NCBI GenBank assembly: GCA_964016885.1
Contig: OZ024741.1
Location: 33,542,001-33,606,000, forward strand
Length of the DNA stretch: 64,000 bases
Direction of reading: 5' to 3'
Source of the DNA: Eledone cirrhosa
Taxonomy: Eukaryota
This document shows, piece after piece, positions 12,971 through 27,592 of the stretch (position 1 is the stretch's first letter; every line of letters starts with the position of its first letter). The notes under the pieces were generated by a model, which was not told the DNA's origin, ran no database searches, and saw only the letters and a program-made list of their open reading frames with translations. Both the position numbers and the translations under genes were made by a program.

Positions 12971-13725
12971 ATGTGTTATTTGAGATTTGTTTCAGGCTTA
13001 TATGTTTATGTTTCAGGCTTATATGTTTATAATGGCTGACACGATAATATACGTGGGTCACTGGGAAGTAAGCGAGAATACAAGCCGGTAATGTAATATC
13101 GTTTGTAAAACCAATAAATAAAGTCATGGTAAAGCCCTGGGGCGGATTTAATCGACTTCCCCATACCTTCAAATTGCTGGCCTTGTGTCAAATATAGAAA
13201 CAATCTTAACTGTAATAAAGAAAGGAGTGCGGGACTGCGTCAAGAATATAATTTTTATCCCATTTGTAAAATAAGTTGGATTACTTTGAATAAATAATGA
13301 ATGAATATTACATAATTTATATACAAAATTTCGTAATTCTTGATTAAATATAAATCATTTTATTGCTTATTTTAAGATTCCCTTCTTTAAAATGTTCAAA
13401 TGTCAACACTTCCGGTTAGCGATCGCTTAAATAAACATTCATATAATTCCGTCACTAATTTTTTTCCTAATGCAGTTTATATGTAATATCGTCTTTTTTT
13501 TAATGCATCATGGATTACGTTACTGATTACATAAGACAGTGTAACGCAGACTTCGTTCAATTTCTGTGTATATTGTCAATTACGATTTCATTTGATGTAT
13601 CATATCTATATGTATATATGTTTGCGTATAATATCAATATGCATACTACACATGCTAGCAGAAAACCAACCGAGTGGTGGTTTTCTGCTAGAAATGATAA
13701 TGTATAATGTGTATAAATATATATA

Positions 13726-13846
13726 TATGAAAAATTCAAGACCCCGATGGCTGAGCTCCGGCCGTTTCAACAGCTAGATCCGAACATTTCAGATCTAGCT
13801 ATTGAAACGGCCGGAGCTCAGCCGTTGGGGTCCTGAATTTTTCATA
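13726..13846. repeat. Hairpin element with about 55-bp arms (TGAAAAATTCA..GATC / GATC..TGAATTTTTCA)
   Basis: Direct inverted repeat with a few transition mismatches; followed by the GAGTACTCTGGTG module and (TA)n. Confidence 0.85.
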
Positions 13847-13918
13847 TTACCCTCTCTACTACCCCAAATATCGAGTACTCTGGTGAGTAATGGTCTAACT
13901 GGTCTTTACCGCCTCCAT

Positions 13919-13963
<45 letters not shown>

Positions 13964-14007
13964 AAAATTTTGTGAAATAACAGGTGCTATTGTTGCTGGA
14001 TAAAGTG

Positions 14008-14193
14008 TATTTATAGATAAGAGGAAAGCACGAACGGGGTGGGGGTAATTTCCCTTCATCAGTTGTCTTCTGGAGATCATGGACATTTATAATGCGTAGA
14101 AATGTCCATGATTTCCAGAAGACAACTGATGAGAGTAAATAACTCACCCACCCCGCCCCCCTCTCGTTCGTGCTTTCCTCTTATTTATATATA
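14008..14193. repeat. Fold-back element with a CTGATGA half-core in each arm
   Basis: TCATCAGTTGTCTTCTGGAGATCATGGACATTT / AAATGTCCATGATTTCCAGAAGACAACTGATGA, plus outer arms AAGAGGAAAGCACGAAC / GTTCGTGCTTTCCTCTT. Confidence 0.8.
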
Positions 14194-14234
14194 AGGCGTG
14201 TAGCTTAGGGGTATGTCGAATAACCAATCTCTTA

Positions 14235-14296
14235 TGTTTTTCTGATGAAAGCGTACTCAAAAACCACTGTACCCTTGAAATATATATAATAAAATA
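14235..14296 (+). ncRNA. Type I hammerhead-like motif (same family as 15796-15855)
   Basis: CTGATGA-aagcgtac..gtaccctt-GAAA-tatata-TA-ataaaata; stem I degenerate. Confidence 0.5.
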
Positions 14297-14485
14297 TATA
14301 CTTTGGTTATGAAAGTATTTCTCGTTTATTAATATTTTGAATATTATAGATACTCCAGAAAAATTACTGACGAGTGCTTCTAATCTATCGTAAAAATGAA
14401 TTCGCTGAATAATCAACGAACCATATACACTTTTGGTTATACATATACATACATACTTATATGCGCACACACACACACACACCCT

Positions 14486-14563
<78 letters not shown>

Positions 14564-14564
14564 G

Positions 14565-14760
14565 TTATTCCGGGTTGAATCGGAGGTAACCACAGAAAGT
14601 AAGGTACTCAATACATTGCAGAGTATAAAGGTTTAAATATAGATGAGATTCTACAGGACTAGAACTGTTTCATTCTTTAGAAATCATCAGGAATCAGATT
14701 TCTGATGATTTCTAAAGAATGAAACAGTTCTAGTCCTGTAGAATCTCATCTATATTAAAA

Positions 14761-14763
<3 letters not shown>
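14565..14763. mobile_element. Hammerhead-like repeat ('family H') with fold-back arms 14629-14694 / 14698-14763
   Basis: CTGATGA-tttc taaa gaat-GAAA-cagttctagtcctgtag in both arms; flanked by (TA)n. Confidence 0.8.
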
Positions 14764-14815
<52 letters not shown>

Positions 14816-15287
14816 TCATTTCAGTTGTCACAATAAATTTACTAATTTCTAGAGAGTGTATCAAAGACTTCATTAACCAGGTATCATTCCATTTTCAAGA
14901 TTAGATATGATGTGTGGAGGGGGGGGGGCAGAGTGACTGGTTGGTCGGTGTGTCACTTCAACATCGTTATGGAAATAACGAGTTAGTTTATCATTAATTG
15001 CAGATTACTTTTTCGATGGGAGATTATTGCTAATACCTCCTACATCAAACGACGTCCATATAACACATCACAGAAGCTAATATGTCGTCAAATGCTTCTT
15101 TCCTATTGCACTTAACTATCTTTAAAAGGTGATATCGTGCAAGTACACACACACGTGTGCGTCCGCACATACAGACACATATATATACATACATACATGC
15201 ATACATACACAGATATATACATATATATGTATATATATGTATTGTTGTATGTAGTCTGTATGTGTGTGTGTGTATATATATATATAT

Positions 15288-15329
<42 letters not shown>

Positions 15330-15402
15330 GACCGGAACAAGTAAACATTAAACAATCTTTTAAATAAATTAAAATACGATTTAAATATTCACCTTTTCTA
15401 AT

Positions 15403-15481
15403 GCTGTGACCGACGGTTTCGCTTATCAAAAGATTGGAAATTCAGAGAATTTCCATGGAAAGAGTCAGCTCTTCAGACAGC
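15403..15481 (-). ncRNA. Type I hammerhead ribozyme, canonical core, GUC site, extended stem II
   Basis: Minus strand: gctgt-CTGAAGA-gct..tggaaattc tct gaatttcca..agc-GAAA-ccgtcgg-TC-acagc; perfect 5-bp stem I. Confidence 0.78.
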
Positions 15482-15596
15482 TATTTCCATACCACAGGGC
15501 ACAAAGTAATAATATTAGATATGGAGACTAAAATCCAAAGAGGGTTGGATAAGGATAAATATATATCAAATATATAAGAACCATAGAGCAATATGG

Positions 15597-15879
15597 AAAA
15601 TATCACGATAGCATCATATTTATTTTATTATACGTATTTCAAGGATAGCAAATTATGGTATGCTTTCATCAGATAAAATACAAAATTCATGTATAAGATA
15701 GTGACAAAGAATAAACTTTCAATTTTCAGACCACTGTAAGCTGAAGTTGAAAGTGTATACTTTGGGTATGTCACTATCTTATACATCAAATATTGTATTT
15801 TATCTGATGAAAGCATACCATAATTTGCTATCCTTGAAATACGTATAATAAAATAAATATGATGCTATAGTGATATTTT
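15597..15879. repeat. Inverted repeat (about 110-bp arms, about 60-bp spacer) with a hammerhead in each arm
   Basis: 15597-15706 versus 15769-15879; the hammerhead segments are exact reverse complements. Confidence 0.9.
15796..15855 (+). ncRNA. Type I hammerhead ribozyme (mirror copy 15621-15680, minus strand)
   Basis: tattttat-CTGATGA-aagcatacca taatt tgctatcctt-GAAA-tacgta-TA-ataaaata: 8-bp stem I, palindromic stem III, then AATAAA. Confidence 0.78.
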
Positions 15880-16039
15880 ACATTTATTACTATTAATATT
15901 ATATATATCAGGATAGAACCAGTTTTAAACAAGTTAGACCATTACTAGGAGTATGATTATATTAGAGTTGGGGCCCGACAGCTGAGTTCATTCCAACAGT
16001 ACATGGAAGAAATATGTTAGTGTAACGCTTGAAAGAATG

Positions 16040-16075
16040 TCTTAACGTTTCGGACGCTAGTCCTTCATCAAGAGA
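16040..16075 (-). ncRNA. Minimal hammerhead-like motif (family shared with 32053-32088)
   Basis: Minus strand: TTGATGA-a-ggac tagc gtcc-GAAA-cg-TT-aaga. Confidence 0.55.
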
Positions 16076-16176
16076 TAGAGTTAGAAATAGAAGTAAAGAG
16101 TGATGAGAGGAAGGGACGGGTGAAAATGAGAAGAAAATTGGAGAGAAAATAAACACACGTGCTTATTCAGTCGACC

Positions 16177-16262
<86 letters not shown>

Positions 16263-16502
16263 GAATAATCGAGTATCGAAAAATCGGCGCACGAGTTCAC
16301 GATAAACAAAATTCGAAATGAGCGGCAGAGGGCTCAATAATTCAGATAAATCAGAGCTATAACTATCGTTAAAATACCGACACACATAGAACATGTCTAA
16401 AATCAACCATACGACCGAAAAATTACGATCTGGAAGATTCGGGACACTCAGATAAAATATCAATAAATCAATAAATCAAATGAATAAATATATATATATA
16501 TA

Positions 16503-16580
16503 AGTTTATCCCGTGTTCAGTGGTGATTTTTTCTCCCGAATGAAACAGTTCTAGTACTGTAGCAGCCATTTATATATCAA
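16503..16580 (+). mobile_element. Family H fragment
   Basis: TTTATCCCG..CGAATGAAACAGTTCTAGTACTGTAG, between (TA)n runs. Confidence 0.6.
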
Positions 16581-16613
16581 ATATATATATATATATATAT
16601 ACGAACCTCCCAG

Positions 16614-16668
<55 letters not shown>

Positions 16669-16872
16669 TGGGAGGTTCGTATATATATATATATATATAT
16701 GTATATATACTGGGAGGTTCGTATATATATATATATACGAACCTCCCAGTATATATATATATATACGAACCTCCCAATATATATATATATATACATATAT
16801 AAATATATATTGCGAGATTCATGCTCCCAATCCAAACACGCAAGTTATTAGTCAGGTAACTAATCAAGTTAC

Positions 16873-16925
<53 letters not shown>

Positions 16926-17075
16926 CATGTCAATGTATCTTCCATCCCCCTTCATTTCTCAAGTACCCTCCTCCCCCTTACACCCCACCCACCCCATCAT
17001 ATTCTTTTCTTAATATTCTCTCTTTTATTCCTTGCAATATTTATCGATCGACTTTCTTTCATCCATCATCATTGA

Positions 17076-18625
17076 TACCACCACTACTACTACTGCAACC
17101 TCCACCACTACTACCACTACCACCACCACCACTACTACCACTGCAACCACCACCACTACTACCACCACCACTACTACCACTACCACCACCACCACTACTA
17201 CCACTGCAACCACCACCACTACTACCACTGCAACCACCACCACTACTACCACTACAACCACTACTACTACTGCAACCACCACCACTACTACCACTGCAAC
17301 CACCACCACTACTACCACTGCAACCACCACCACTACTACCACTACCACCACCACCACTACTACCACTACCACCACCACCACTACTACCACTGCAACCACC
17401 ACCACTACTACCACTCCAACCACCACCACTACTACCACTGCAACCACCACCACTACTACCACTACAACCACTACTACTACTGCAACCACCACCACTACTA
17501 CCACTGCAACCACCACCGTGACCACCACTACTACCACTGCAACCACCACCGTCACCACCACTACTACCACTGCAACCACCACCGTGACCACCACTATTAC
17601 CACTGCAACCACCACCGTGACCACTACTACTACCACTGCAACCACCACCGTGACCACCACTACTACCACTGCAACCACCACCGTGACCACTACTACCACT
17701 GCAACCACCACCACTACTACCACTGCAACCACCACCGTGACCACCACTACTACCACTGCAACCACCACCGTGACCACCACTACTACCACTGCAACCACCA
17801 CCGTGACCACCACTACTACCACTGCAACCACCACCGTGACCACCACTACTACCACTGCAACCACCACCGTGACCACTACTACCACTGCAACCACCACTGT
17901 GATCTCTCATCATATTCCTGTAATCACCACTACCGCCACCACCACAACCATGTGACCACCACTACTACTACCACCACCACAACGATGTGACCACCACTAT
18001 TACTACCACCACCACTACCGCCACCACCACAACGATGTGACCACCACTACTACTACCACCACCACTACCGCCACCACTACTACTACCACCACCACTACCG
18101 CCACCACTACTACTACCACCACCACTACCGCCACCACTACTACCACCACCACCACTACCGCCACCACTACTAATACCACCACCACTACCGCCACCACTAC
18201 TACTACCACCACCACTACTACTACCACCACCACTACCGCCACCACTACTACTACCACCACCACTACCGCCACCACTACTACTACCACCACCACTACCGCC
18301 ACCACTACTACTACCACCACCACTACCGCCACCACTACTACTACCACCACTACTACTACCACCACCACTACCACCACCACTACTACTACCACCACCACTA
18401 CCGCCACCACTACTACTACCACCACTACTACCACCACCACTACCGCCACCACTACTACTACCACCACCACTACCGCCACCACTACTACTACCACCACCAC
18501 TACCGCCACCACTACTACTACCACCACCACTACCGCCACCACTACTACTACCACCACCACTACCACCACCACTACTACTACCACCACCACTACCACCACC
18601 ACTACCGCTAGCACCACAACCACCC
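17076..18625. repeat. ACC/ACT triplet-based compound minisatellite (24-, 33- and 30-bp units)
   Basis: Direct; units such as ACCACTGCAACCACCACCGTGACCACCACTACT. Confidence 0.9.
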
Positions 18626-18881
18626 AGCTTCAGAATGTGTGTCTTTGCGTGTGTGTGCGTGGGTATGTCTGTATGTTTGTGTTTGTTTATGGGTGTACGT
18701 GTGTTTGTGTGTATGTGTGTATGCATGCGTTTGTATGTGTTTGTGTGCGTATGTGTATGTGTTCGTATGTGTGTATTGTGTGTATGTATGTATGGATGGA
18801 TGTACCGTATGTATATGTGTGTGTAATGTATGTATGTATGTGTGTATGTATTTATGTATGTATGTATATGTATATATATAT

Positions 18882-18915
<34 letters not shown>

Positions 18916-18917
18916 AT

Positions 18918-19022
<105 letters not shown>

Positions 19023-19023
19023 G

Positions 19024-19086
<63 letters not shown>

Positions 19087-19109
19087 AAATGTATATATAT
19101 ATATGTATG

Positions 19110-19164
<55 letters not shown>

Positions 19165-19187
19165 AAATGTATATATATATATGTATG

Positions 19188-19294
<107 letters not shown>

Positions 19295-19660
19295 AAATGT
19301 ATATATATATATATGTATGTATATATATATGTGTGTGTAGTCAGCCATATGTTTCTGTTTGATTTATGTCTCAACTGCTTCCACCAGATGGCGCTTTGTA
19401 TTAACGTCACGAAACTTCCACATGATATTGTTGTTCTTGTTGTTGTTGGTGGTGGTGGTGGTGATGGTGCGTGGGTGGGGGTGTTGCTGGGAGGGGGCGC
19501 TGGGGATGTTAGTGGTGCTACAGCTGGTGGTGGATCTTGGTAGTTACCGTAGTGGTGATTGTAGTGGTTGGATGGTGGCGGTTTATAGTGGCGGTAGAAA
19601 TATTTGTAGTAATAGTAGTGGTGGTGGTGGTGGTGGTGGTGGTGGTGGTAGTGGTAGTAT

Positions 19661-19709
<49 letters not shown>

Positions 19710-19994
19710 GGTGGTGGTGGTAGTAGTAGTAGTAGTAGTGGTGGTGGTGGTGGTGGTGGTAGTAATGGTTGGGCTGGTTATTTTGTTGGTGGTGGTAATG
19801 GTACTGGCGAAGATGGTGCTGGTTGTTGTGGTAGTGGTTTACAGTAGTATTAGTAGTAGTAGGAGGAGGAGGAGAAGGAGTGGTGGTGAAGGTGGTACTG
19901 GTTGTAGTGGTAGTGGTAGCAAAGGATGTAGGACACAAGTTATAACAGCCGAGAGTCGTTACAACATTGGATGAACAAAACTTTGTACATTATG

Positions 19995-20180
19995 TGTGGA
20001 TTGGCAGTATCGGTAGAGGGTCGGACGCCATGCTTTCTAGCATAGTTACGTCCCTTTACGGTTTGAGTTCAAATCCCGTCGAGATTAACTTTGCCTTTCA
20101 TCCTTACGGGGTCGATAAAATAAAGTACCAGTAATGTACTGGGTTATTGCTGGCCTTGTGTCAAAAGTAGAAACAATTAT
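19995..20180 (+). mobile_element. SINE family A, full length
   Basis: TGGCAGTATCGG A-box, GAGTTCAAATCC B-box, conserved body, GAAACAATTAT end. Confidence 0.9.
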
Positions 20181-20417
20181 GTGTAAAAAGATTCTTTCTG
20201 GGCCGGTGTGTGTGTGTGAGTGTATGTGTGTGTGTGTGCGCGTGTGTGTGTGTGTGTGTATGTGTGTGTGTGTGTGTGTGTGTGCGTGTGTGTGTGTATG
20301 TGTGTGTGAGTGTGTATGTACATACGATTATGTAACTGTATTAAACTTATGTATATGAGTGTGCGTTTGTGTGAATGTGCGTTAGACTGTTTTTCTTTGA
20401 ATGTGTTGGTATGTGGT

Positions 20418-20694
20418 CAGGGACGGATTTAATGAGGGACAGAGGGAGCCATTGCCTTGGGCCCCTTGCAGTGGAGGCCCCACCAGCGACGGCCGTAGCA
20501 GTATATTTGTACCCGCACTTGGGGTTTTTAGTTTTAGGATGGTTAGAAATGTTTAATTTAATACCTGTATGTAACTTTGGTGGGGTGCGGTGAGGGTGCT
20601 GTGTATTCTAATTGTTTTTCGTATGAGCCCCACCCCCCACCCTCACCCAAACCTGTAGTGCCCCGGGCACCCCAAGATCTAAATCCAACCATGT
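20418..20694. mobile_element. hAT-like MITE
   Basis: Imperfect TIRs CAGGGACGGATTTA / TAAATCCAACCATG. Confidence 0.55.
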
Positions 20695-20817
20695 ATGTGT
20701 AAGCATATGTGTTAGTCTATGTAATTGTGTGCTTGTGTGTGTGTGTGATTGTCTGTATGTATGTGTGATTATGTGTCATAGTATGTATATTTGTTAGTAT
20801 ATATATGTGTGGGAGGG

Positions 20818-20965
20818 GAAGGCGCATGGCTTAGTGGTTATAGCATGGCTTAGTGGGCTTGCAATCGAAAGGTTGTGTGTTCAATTCTCGGACCGGGCGA
20901 TGTGTTGTTTCCTTGAACAACTTTATTTCACGTTGCTCTAGTTTACACAGCTGTAGAAATGAGAT
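20818..20965 (+). mobile_element. tRNA-derived SINE, family B (CORE-like)
   Basis: GGCGCATGGCTTAGTGG A-box, GTTCAATTC B-box, TCCTTGAACAAC..TTTATTTCACGTTGCTC. Confidence 0.75.
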
Positions 20966-22662
20966 GATAGGACTGGGGTCCCTATCATTAAATCACCCAA
21001 GACACCGCCAACGAGATATACCTTGCATAAGGTGTGAGCTGTAGCAACAACAACATATGTGTGGGAGTATATAGTTGCTAGTTTCTATCTATGTATAATA
21101 TTTTGTTTAGCGAGTCTTCTTTTCTTTATGAATTGTTATATTAAATGAGAGTGCGTATTTGTACATATGAGAGTACATGTATGTTTATATATACATGAGA
21201 GCGTGTGAATACAGATGGAGAGAGAGAGGGGGGGGGAGTGAGATGGGGTGAAGTATGAGGAGAGGGACATTTGAAAGAGAGGCGTTGTGGAAAAGCAATA
21301 ATTAAATGTAAAATGAATGTATGTGTATTTGAGAATTAGAAAGTGTTCAGCAAAGAAGGAAGTAGTAGTAGTAGTAGCAGCAGCGGTGGCAGTGGTGGTA
21401 GTAGCAGCAGCAGCAGTAGTAGTAGTAGTAGCAGCAGCAGCAGTAGTAGTAGTAGTAAATGTGAAAGTAATGTGGTAGTGGTGGTGGTGGTGGTGGTAGT
21501 GGTAGTGGTGGTGTGGTGATGGATGGGGTGGTGGTGGATGGGGTGGTGGTGGTGGTGGTCATGGTCATGGTGGTGGTAGTGATGGTAGTGGTGGTGATGG
21601 TAGTGGTGGTGATGGTGGTGATGGTAGTGGTGGTGATGGTGGTGATGGTGATGGTGGCAGTAAGGACGTGTGTGCAAGATGCACATGCACGTGTGTGCAC
21701 AAGCCCGCGACCGTATATCGAAATCATGTGCATGACTGACAACCGTGGGTGTATTTGACTATGAAGTTATGAGGATGCAACACTGCGAATACATACTCAC
21801 ATACATACACATACACACACATATCTGCATATACATACACTTATACATAAATACACACACACATAAATACACACATACATACACAGACATATATACATAC
21901 ACACATACATAAATACAGACACGTACATAAACATACACCACACTTATATGCATATACATGCACATATACATAAATACACACACATGCATGCACACACACA
22001 GACACAGAAACAAACACGTAAACACTCACACATACTCACACAAACACATACATACACACATACATACCCACAGACACACAAACACATACTCACGCACACA
22101 CACATGCACTCCCACATGCAATATACAGACACATACACGCATATACACAAACACATACACACACCTACACACAAACACACATACACACATATACACACAT
22201 ATACACACATATACACACACGCATACACAGACACATACTCACGTACACATACATACACACATATATATATACACACAAATAAACACATATACACACATAT
22301 ACACACATATACACAGATATACACACGTGTGCGTATAGGATGTTTGTTAAGTTTCATGTAAGTCACGTAGTTGCGGAACACCAGGGGATTCACTCCGCTT
22401 ATGGTCTTCAATCGCCAGATATTATCCAATATGGTTGATAACAGGTCCCATGAGAATTAATGTGGTTTTGCATGCAAGGCACCGTATATGAATGCACTGT
22501 CTTCGCATGCGCCTTCTGCACACGCATGCATGCACACACACACACACACACATATATATGTGTGTGTGTGTGTGTGTGTGCATATACATATTTATGTATT
22601 TATAAATATGTGTATGTGTCAGTATGTATATATATATATATATATATACTTGTGTCTGTATG

Positions 22663-22714
<52 letters not shown>

Positions 22715-22804
22715 CAGACACAAGTATAACAATATATATATACATACAGACACACACATATATATATATATATATATGGGTGTACGTGTGTGTATACATA
22801 TAGG

Positions 22805-22840
<36 letters not shown>

Positions 22841-22921
22841 AATATTTATCTAGATATAGATATATACATACACACACACATATATATACACATATATATA
22901 TGTATATATATATATATATAA

Positions 22922-23000
<79 letters not shown>

Positions 23001-23360
23001 TTGCTCGTAACTTTCCATAGAGTCACAAGGGCACTATCATGTTTCATAAGGCTTTGAGCATTTAAAGGAAGCGGGGCCAATGCCGCCCCACAGTAGGCCA
23101 CAGTTGGTTTCTTCCAAAGACAAAGTAACTAACCAGTGGTCTGCTATTTTATCGACCCCTAAAACATGAAAGGTAGAGCTGGTCTATGCTGCATTTAAGT
23201 AAGTACGAGTGCAGAGAGCCGCCGATTCCCTGAAGCCTCCTTCTGTATGCCTGAATATATATACCTGTGTGTGTATGTGTATGTGCGTGTACTTGTGTAA
23301 ATATATGCAAATATATTTATACACACACACATATATATGTATGTATGTATTTATGTGTAT

Positions 23361-23410
<50 letters not shown>

Positions 23411-23468
23411 TGTTTGTGTGCGTGTATGCTTGTGTAAATATATTTGCATATATTTACACACACACTGC

Positions 23469-23510
<42 letters not shown>

Positions 23511-24039
23511 TGCGTGTGTATGTGTGTAAATATATGCACATATATTTATACATACACTGAGTGTGTCTGAGTGTGTGTATGTATGTTTCTGTGTGTGTGT
23601 GTGTCTTAGTGAGAGTGTGTGTGTGTCTAACACAAGACAATGAAAGAAGCGAATTGATTGATAGATATTCATAAATTTAATCGATAATGTAAAGGAAAAG
23701 ATTGGTTATTGATCAGATATCGAAGTTTTGCATCGCAGTTCAATGGACACTTGTCTGTCGTATATATATAATCCACGTCCATAATATATCTATAATCAAT
23801 CCCAAGCTTATTTTACGGACTTGGTCTTGATTAGTTGTCCAGTGAAGACCATACTTCCGACACCTCAGGTGGAGTAATTTCGCCCATTCCTATAGATTCT
23901 ACCTGAGAATATAACTATACATGAATATATCAATGTATATTTGTTTGTATATATATATATGTATGTATGTGTGTATATATATACACACAGACATATTTCT
24001 ATATATATACAATATATATACATATATACATATAGTCTA

Positions 24040-24265
24040 TATATAGAAGTCGATCGACTTTCGTCAAGTCGGACTGAGGAAACAATGTTTCCGTTGGTCT
24101 TTCCCATTGCTAACACTATCTATCGGTCGCAAATCCAGGTAGAAGGAGCAACGTGAAATAAAGTGTCTTGCTCAAGGACATAACGCATCACCCGGTCCAG
24201 GAACCGAACTGACAACCTCACGATTGCGAATCCATTTCTCTAACCACTCAGCCACACGCTTTCAG
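24040..24265 (-). mobile_element. SINE family B
   Basis: GAGCAACGTGAAATAAAGTGTCTTGCTCAAGGACA..CTAACCACTCAGCCACACGC. Confidence 0.8.
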
Positions 24266-24284
24266 AAATATATATATAGCTAGC

Positions 24285-24316
<32 letters not shown>

Positions 24317-24321
24317 GAGAG

Positions 24322-24681
<360 letters not shown>

Positions 24682-24899
24682 CGCGCACTGGTGCAATCAC
24701 GTGATTTTAAATTCAGTGTCTTTGCGTGGCCCGTTTCTCAAGTGTCTAGAAATTAACTACAACTGCCGTAAGTTGACCAACCTCACACTAGACAATCAGT
24801 TGACTGATGTCTTCTGTTTGAGATTTACACAGTCTACATGTGTTGCCAACTGATGTATTCTGTCGTCTATGCGGAAGGTACTTTGTAAGAATGGGCAAA

Positions 24900-25097
24900 T
24901 ATTGGTTTCTGATTTAGGCACAAGGCTAACAATTTTGTGGAAGTGGAAAGTCGATTAAATCGATCCCAGTGCATTGCTGGTACTTTATTTTATTGACCCC
25001 GTAAGGATGAAAGGCAAAGCTAACCTTGGCAGGATTTGAACTTAGATCGTAAAGCACGTTGTCCGACGTTCCACCGATACTGCCAGTCCACCGCCAA
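24900..25097 (-). mobile_element. SINE family A
   Basis: Reverse complement of the family consensus. Confidence 0.85.
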
Positions 25098-26049
25098 AGG
25101 GTAAAATATAAAAAAACTTATCGGTACTTCACGCCAGGATTTTAGTATGCCTTCTTCTATGTGGCTGTAAACTAATATATTTTTATAATTAAAAAAAATA
25201 AGTATTGTAGTGTTAACTCGGGATTTCCTAAGGTTCGTTGCGGAGAGAGATCTGCGCCGGCTTTTATTTCATGTCTGCCCTAAATTCTATTAGTTATTTG
25301 TGGATGCTTCTATTTTCGTAATATCAAACTTGATCGAGACAGTTGTTGAGCATATATTCTACAAGAGAAATATTTGCTGTAGTGTTACAATCCGTGTCTC
25401 ATATGATGTTGATACAACTTTAATGTTACGACCAGCACTCTTGCGTGGAAAATGTAATCTAACTATATCTTCATTGATGTTGAAATTTTCAGTAACATTT
25501 AGCAAATATAACACCTCACCAACTGTACACAAACATGCACAGGTTTTGATATAAGCACCAGCTTGTATTTTTTCTCCTTTTTTTTTTCTTTTTTGGTTTT
25601 AGGGGGCTTTTTGTTTTATCTGTTTTCTCATCCTTGTTCATTCTATCCTCTACTCCAACCCCTTCTAACATTACTAATATTTTCATTCCTCCACCTTCCA
25701 TTGTTGCTATATCGATCTCTCTTATGTCTACATATGTTCGAATTCCGGTGTATTACATGATTTATACATGGTGTGTTTTTTTTTCTTTTCATGTTTTGTT
25801 TTTTCACATGTGTATCATTTATATTTGAGTCAATTAAGAGAAATATCTCCGTCTCCACCACCAAAGAGTTCTACACATTAACGGAAGTGGAAAATATTTG
25901 TTATTGTTTTTAAATATTTCTTCAAAGCATGATTGGGTAAGACGTGGGGTTTTTATTGCAAGAAACTGAGTTATCACACTAGACAAAATGTATTTCGTAT
26001 TATATAAATGTGTATTATATAAATCCACCACCCTTATATATTATATATA

Positions 26050-26242
26050 GGGGTGGTGGATTGGCAGTATCGGTAGAGGGTCGGACGCCATGCTTTGCAG
26101 CATAGAGTTACACCCCTTTATGATCTAAGTTCAAATCCCGCCGAGGTTTACTTTGCCTTTCATCCTTACGGGGTCGATAAACTAAAGTACCAGTAATGTA
26201 CTGGGTAATTACTGGCCTTGTGTCAAAAGTAGAAACAATTAT
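26050..26242 (+). mobile_element. SINE family A, full length
   Basis: Matches 19995-20180. Confidence 0.9.
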
Positions 26243-26263
26243 ATAAGTGTGTGCGTGTGTGTG

Positions 26264-26453
26264 TAGACCTGTCAACTCTCCCCGTCGGACGGGGAGATCT
26301 CCCACCCACTTTGGGGTGGGTGAGAGATGTCTTCTCTTGTGAGGTATAGCTTTTATTATGTAAAATCTCCACATTTTACCTTATTTCTACCCGTTTTGAG
26401 GCCCTTTTTTTCATGGTACTCCCAATTGGGGATTTTAGAGGTTGGCAGGTCTG
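26264..26453. mobile_element. hAT-like MITE (second partial copy at 42786-42867)
   Basis: TIRs AGACCTGTCAAC / GTTGGCAGGTCT; internal hairpins CTCCCCG..CGGGGAG and CCCACCC..GGGTGGG. Confidence 0.65.
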
Positions 26454-26802
26454 GTGTGTGTATATGTGTGTTAGTTTGTGTGTGCGTATTATGATTCGTA
26501 CATACGAAAATCTATTACGCAGGCTTCGGGCTCGTGGTCTGACAATATCAAATAATTGCAATCAATGTTTATCAGCCACCTTCTTCGCACACCTGCGTAT
26601 AAAATGTCTGAACACTGAACAAGGTTTCGCGAAAAGGTGTGACTTGAAAAGAAATTCATAATAGGTGAAAGGGTTGGGGTAGCTATGGTGTTAAACGTTT
26701 CACCAGTTCTTTGACCTGGGAAAAGGATTCAAATTTAAGTTCTAGAATTACAATGTGTGTGAAAAAGTAGAAATGGAGATAAGTGGGAGAAGCTAGGTAT
26801 TG

Positions 26803-27180
26803 TACACTCGGGTCCCAAATAATAGGTGGTTGGAATAAGCGGGGAGGGGGGGTCTAATTTGTCTCCTTGATTGTTTTAAAAACCAGAATTAGTGGTTTAG
26901 TTTACATATTAAGACCACAATCCATCCTATTTATTCTAGTAATGTATTTTTTTTTTTTGTCATATATAATGTTTTTTAATGTATAAAGAAAATTAATTGT
27001 CGCAGGAATGCTGCCACTTAAAATAAAATAATAATTGTTTCTACTTCTGACACAAGGCCAGCAATTTCTTCAGTACATTACTGGTACATTATTTTATCGA
27101 CCCCGTAGGAATGAAAGCAAAGTTAACCTCGGCGGGATTTGAACTCAGACCATAAAGGGCCGTAACTCTTTGCTGCCAAT
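26803..27180. mobile_element. Truncated MITE (10802 family) joined to a minus-strand SINE A
   Basis: TACACTCGGGTCCCAAATAATAGG start; SINE from about 27030. Confidence 0.75.
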
Positions 27181-27392
27181 CTAAATAGTAATACAAGGAC
27201 GAATGGTTACTCCTTCATTACGTTTATTGGTTGGTGACGCGCGTTTCGCTACTGATCAGCTCAATGTTCGATATGTATCGATCTGGCCCGATATTACACA
27301 CTGTCTAGCTCTACACCTCGTTACTGACGTGGACCTGAATATCGAGTACTCACCTGGGTGAACCTACAGTAACTTCGCCTTACACTCCCTTG

Positions 27393-27450
<58 letters not shown>

Positions 27451-27543
27451 CAAGAACAAAGTTTTATTAGTTTCACGCTTGCTGGAAAAAAAGAATGAAT
27501 GCGGAAGAGAGAGTGAGAGAGCGAATGATATATAGAAGATAAA

Positions 27544-27592
<49 letters not shown>

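Noticed and set aside
15421-15469. SECIS element or C/D-box snoRNA reading of the UGA motifs in hammerhead regions
   Set aside because: No helix II adjoining the putative UGAN/NGAN quartet and no box D with a terminal stem; hammerhead topology explains the motifs better.
19995-20080. tRNA gene-like A/B boxes
   Set aside because: Head of a multi-copy SINE; no complete cloverleaf.
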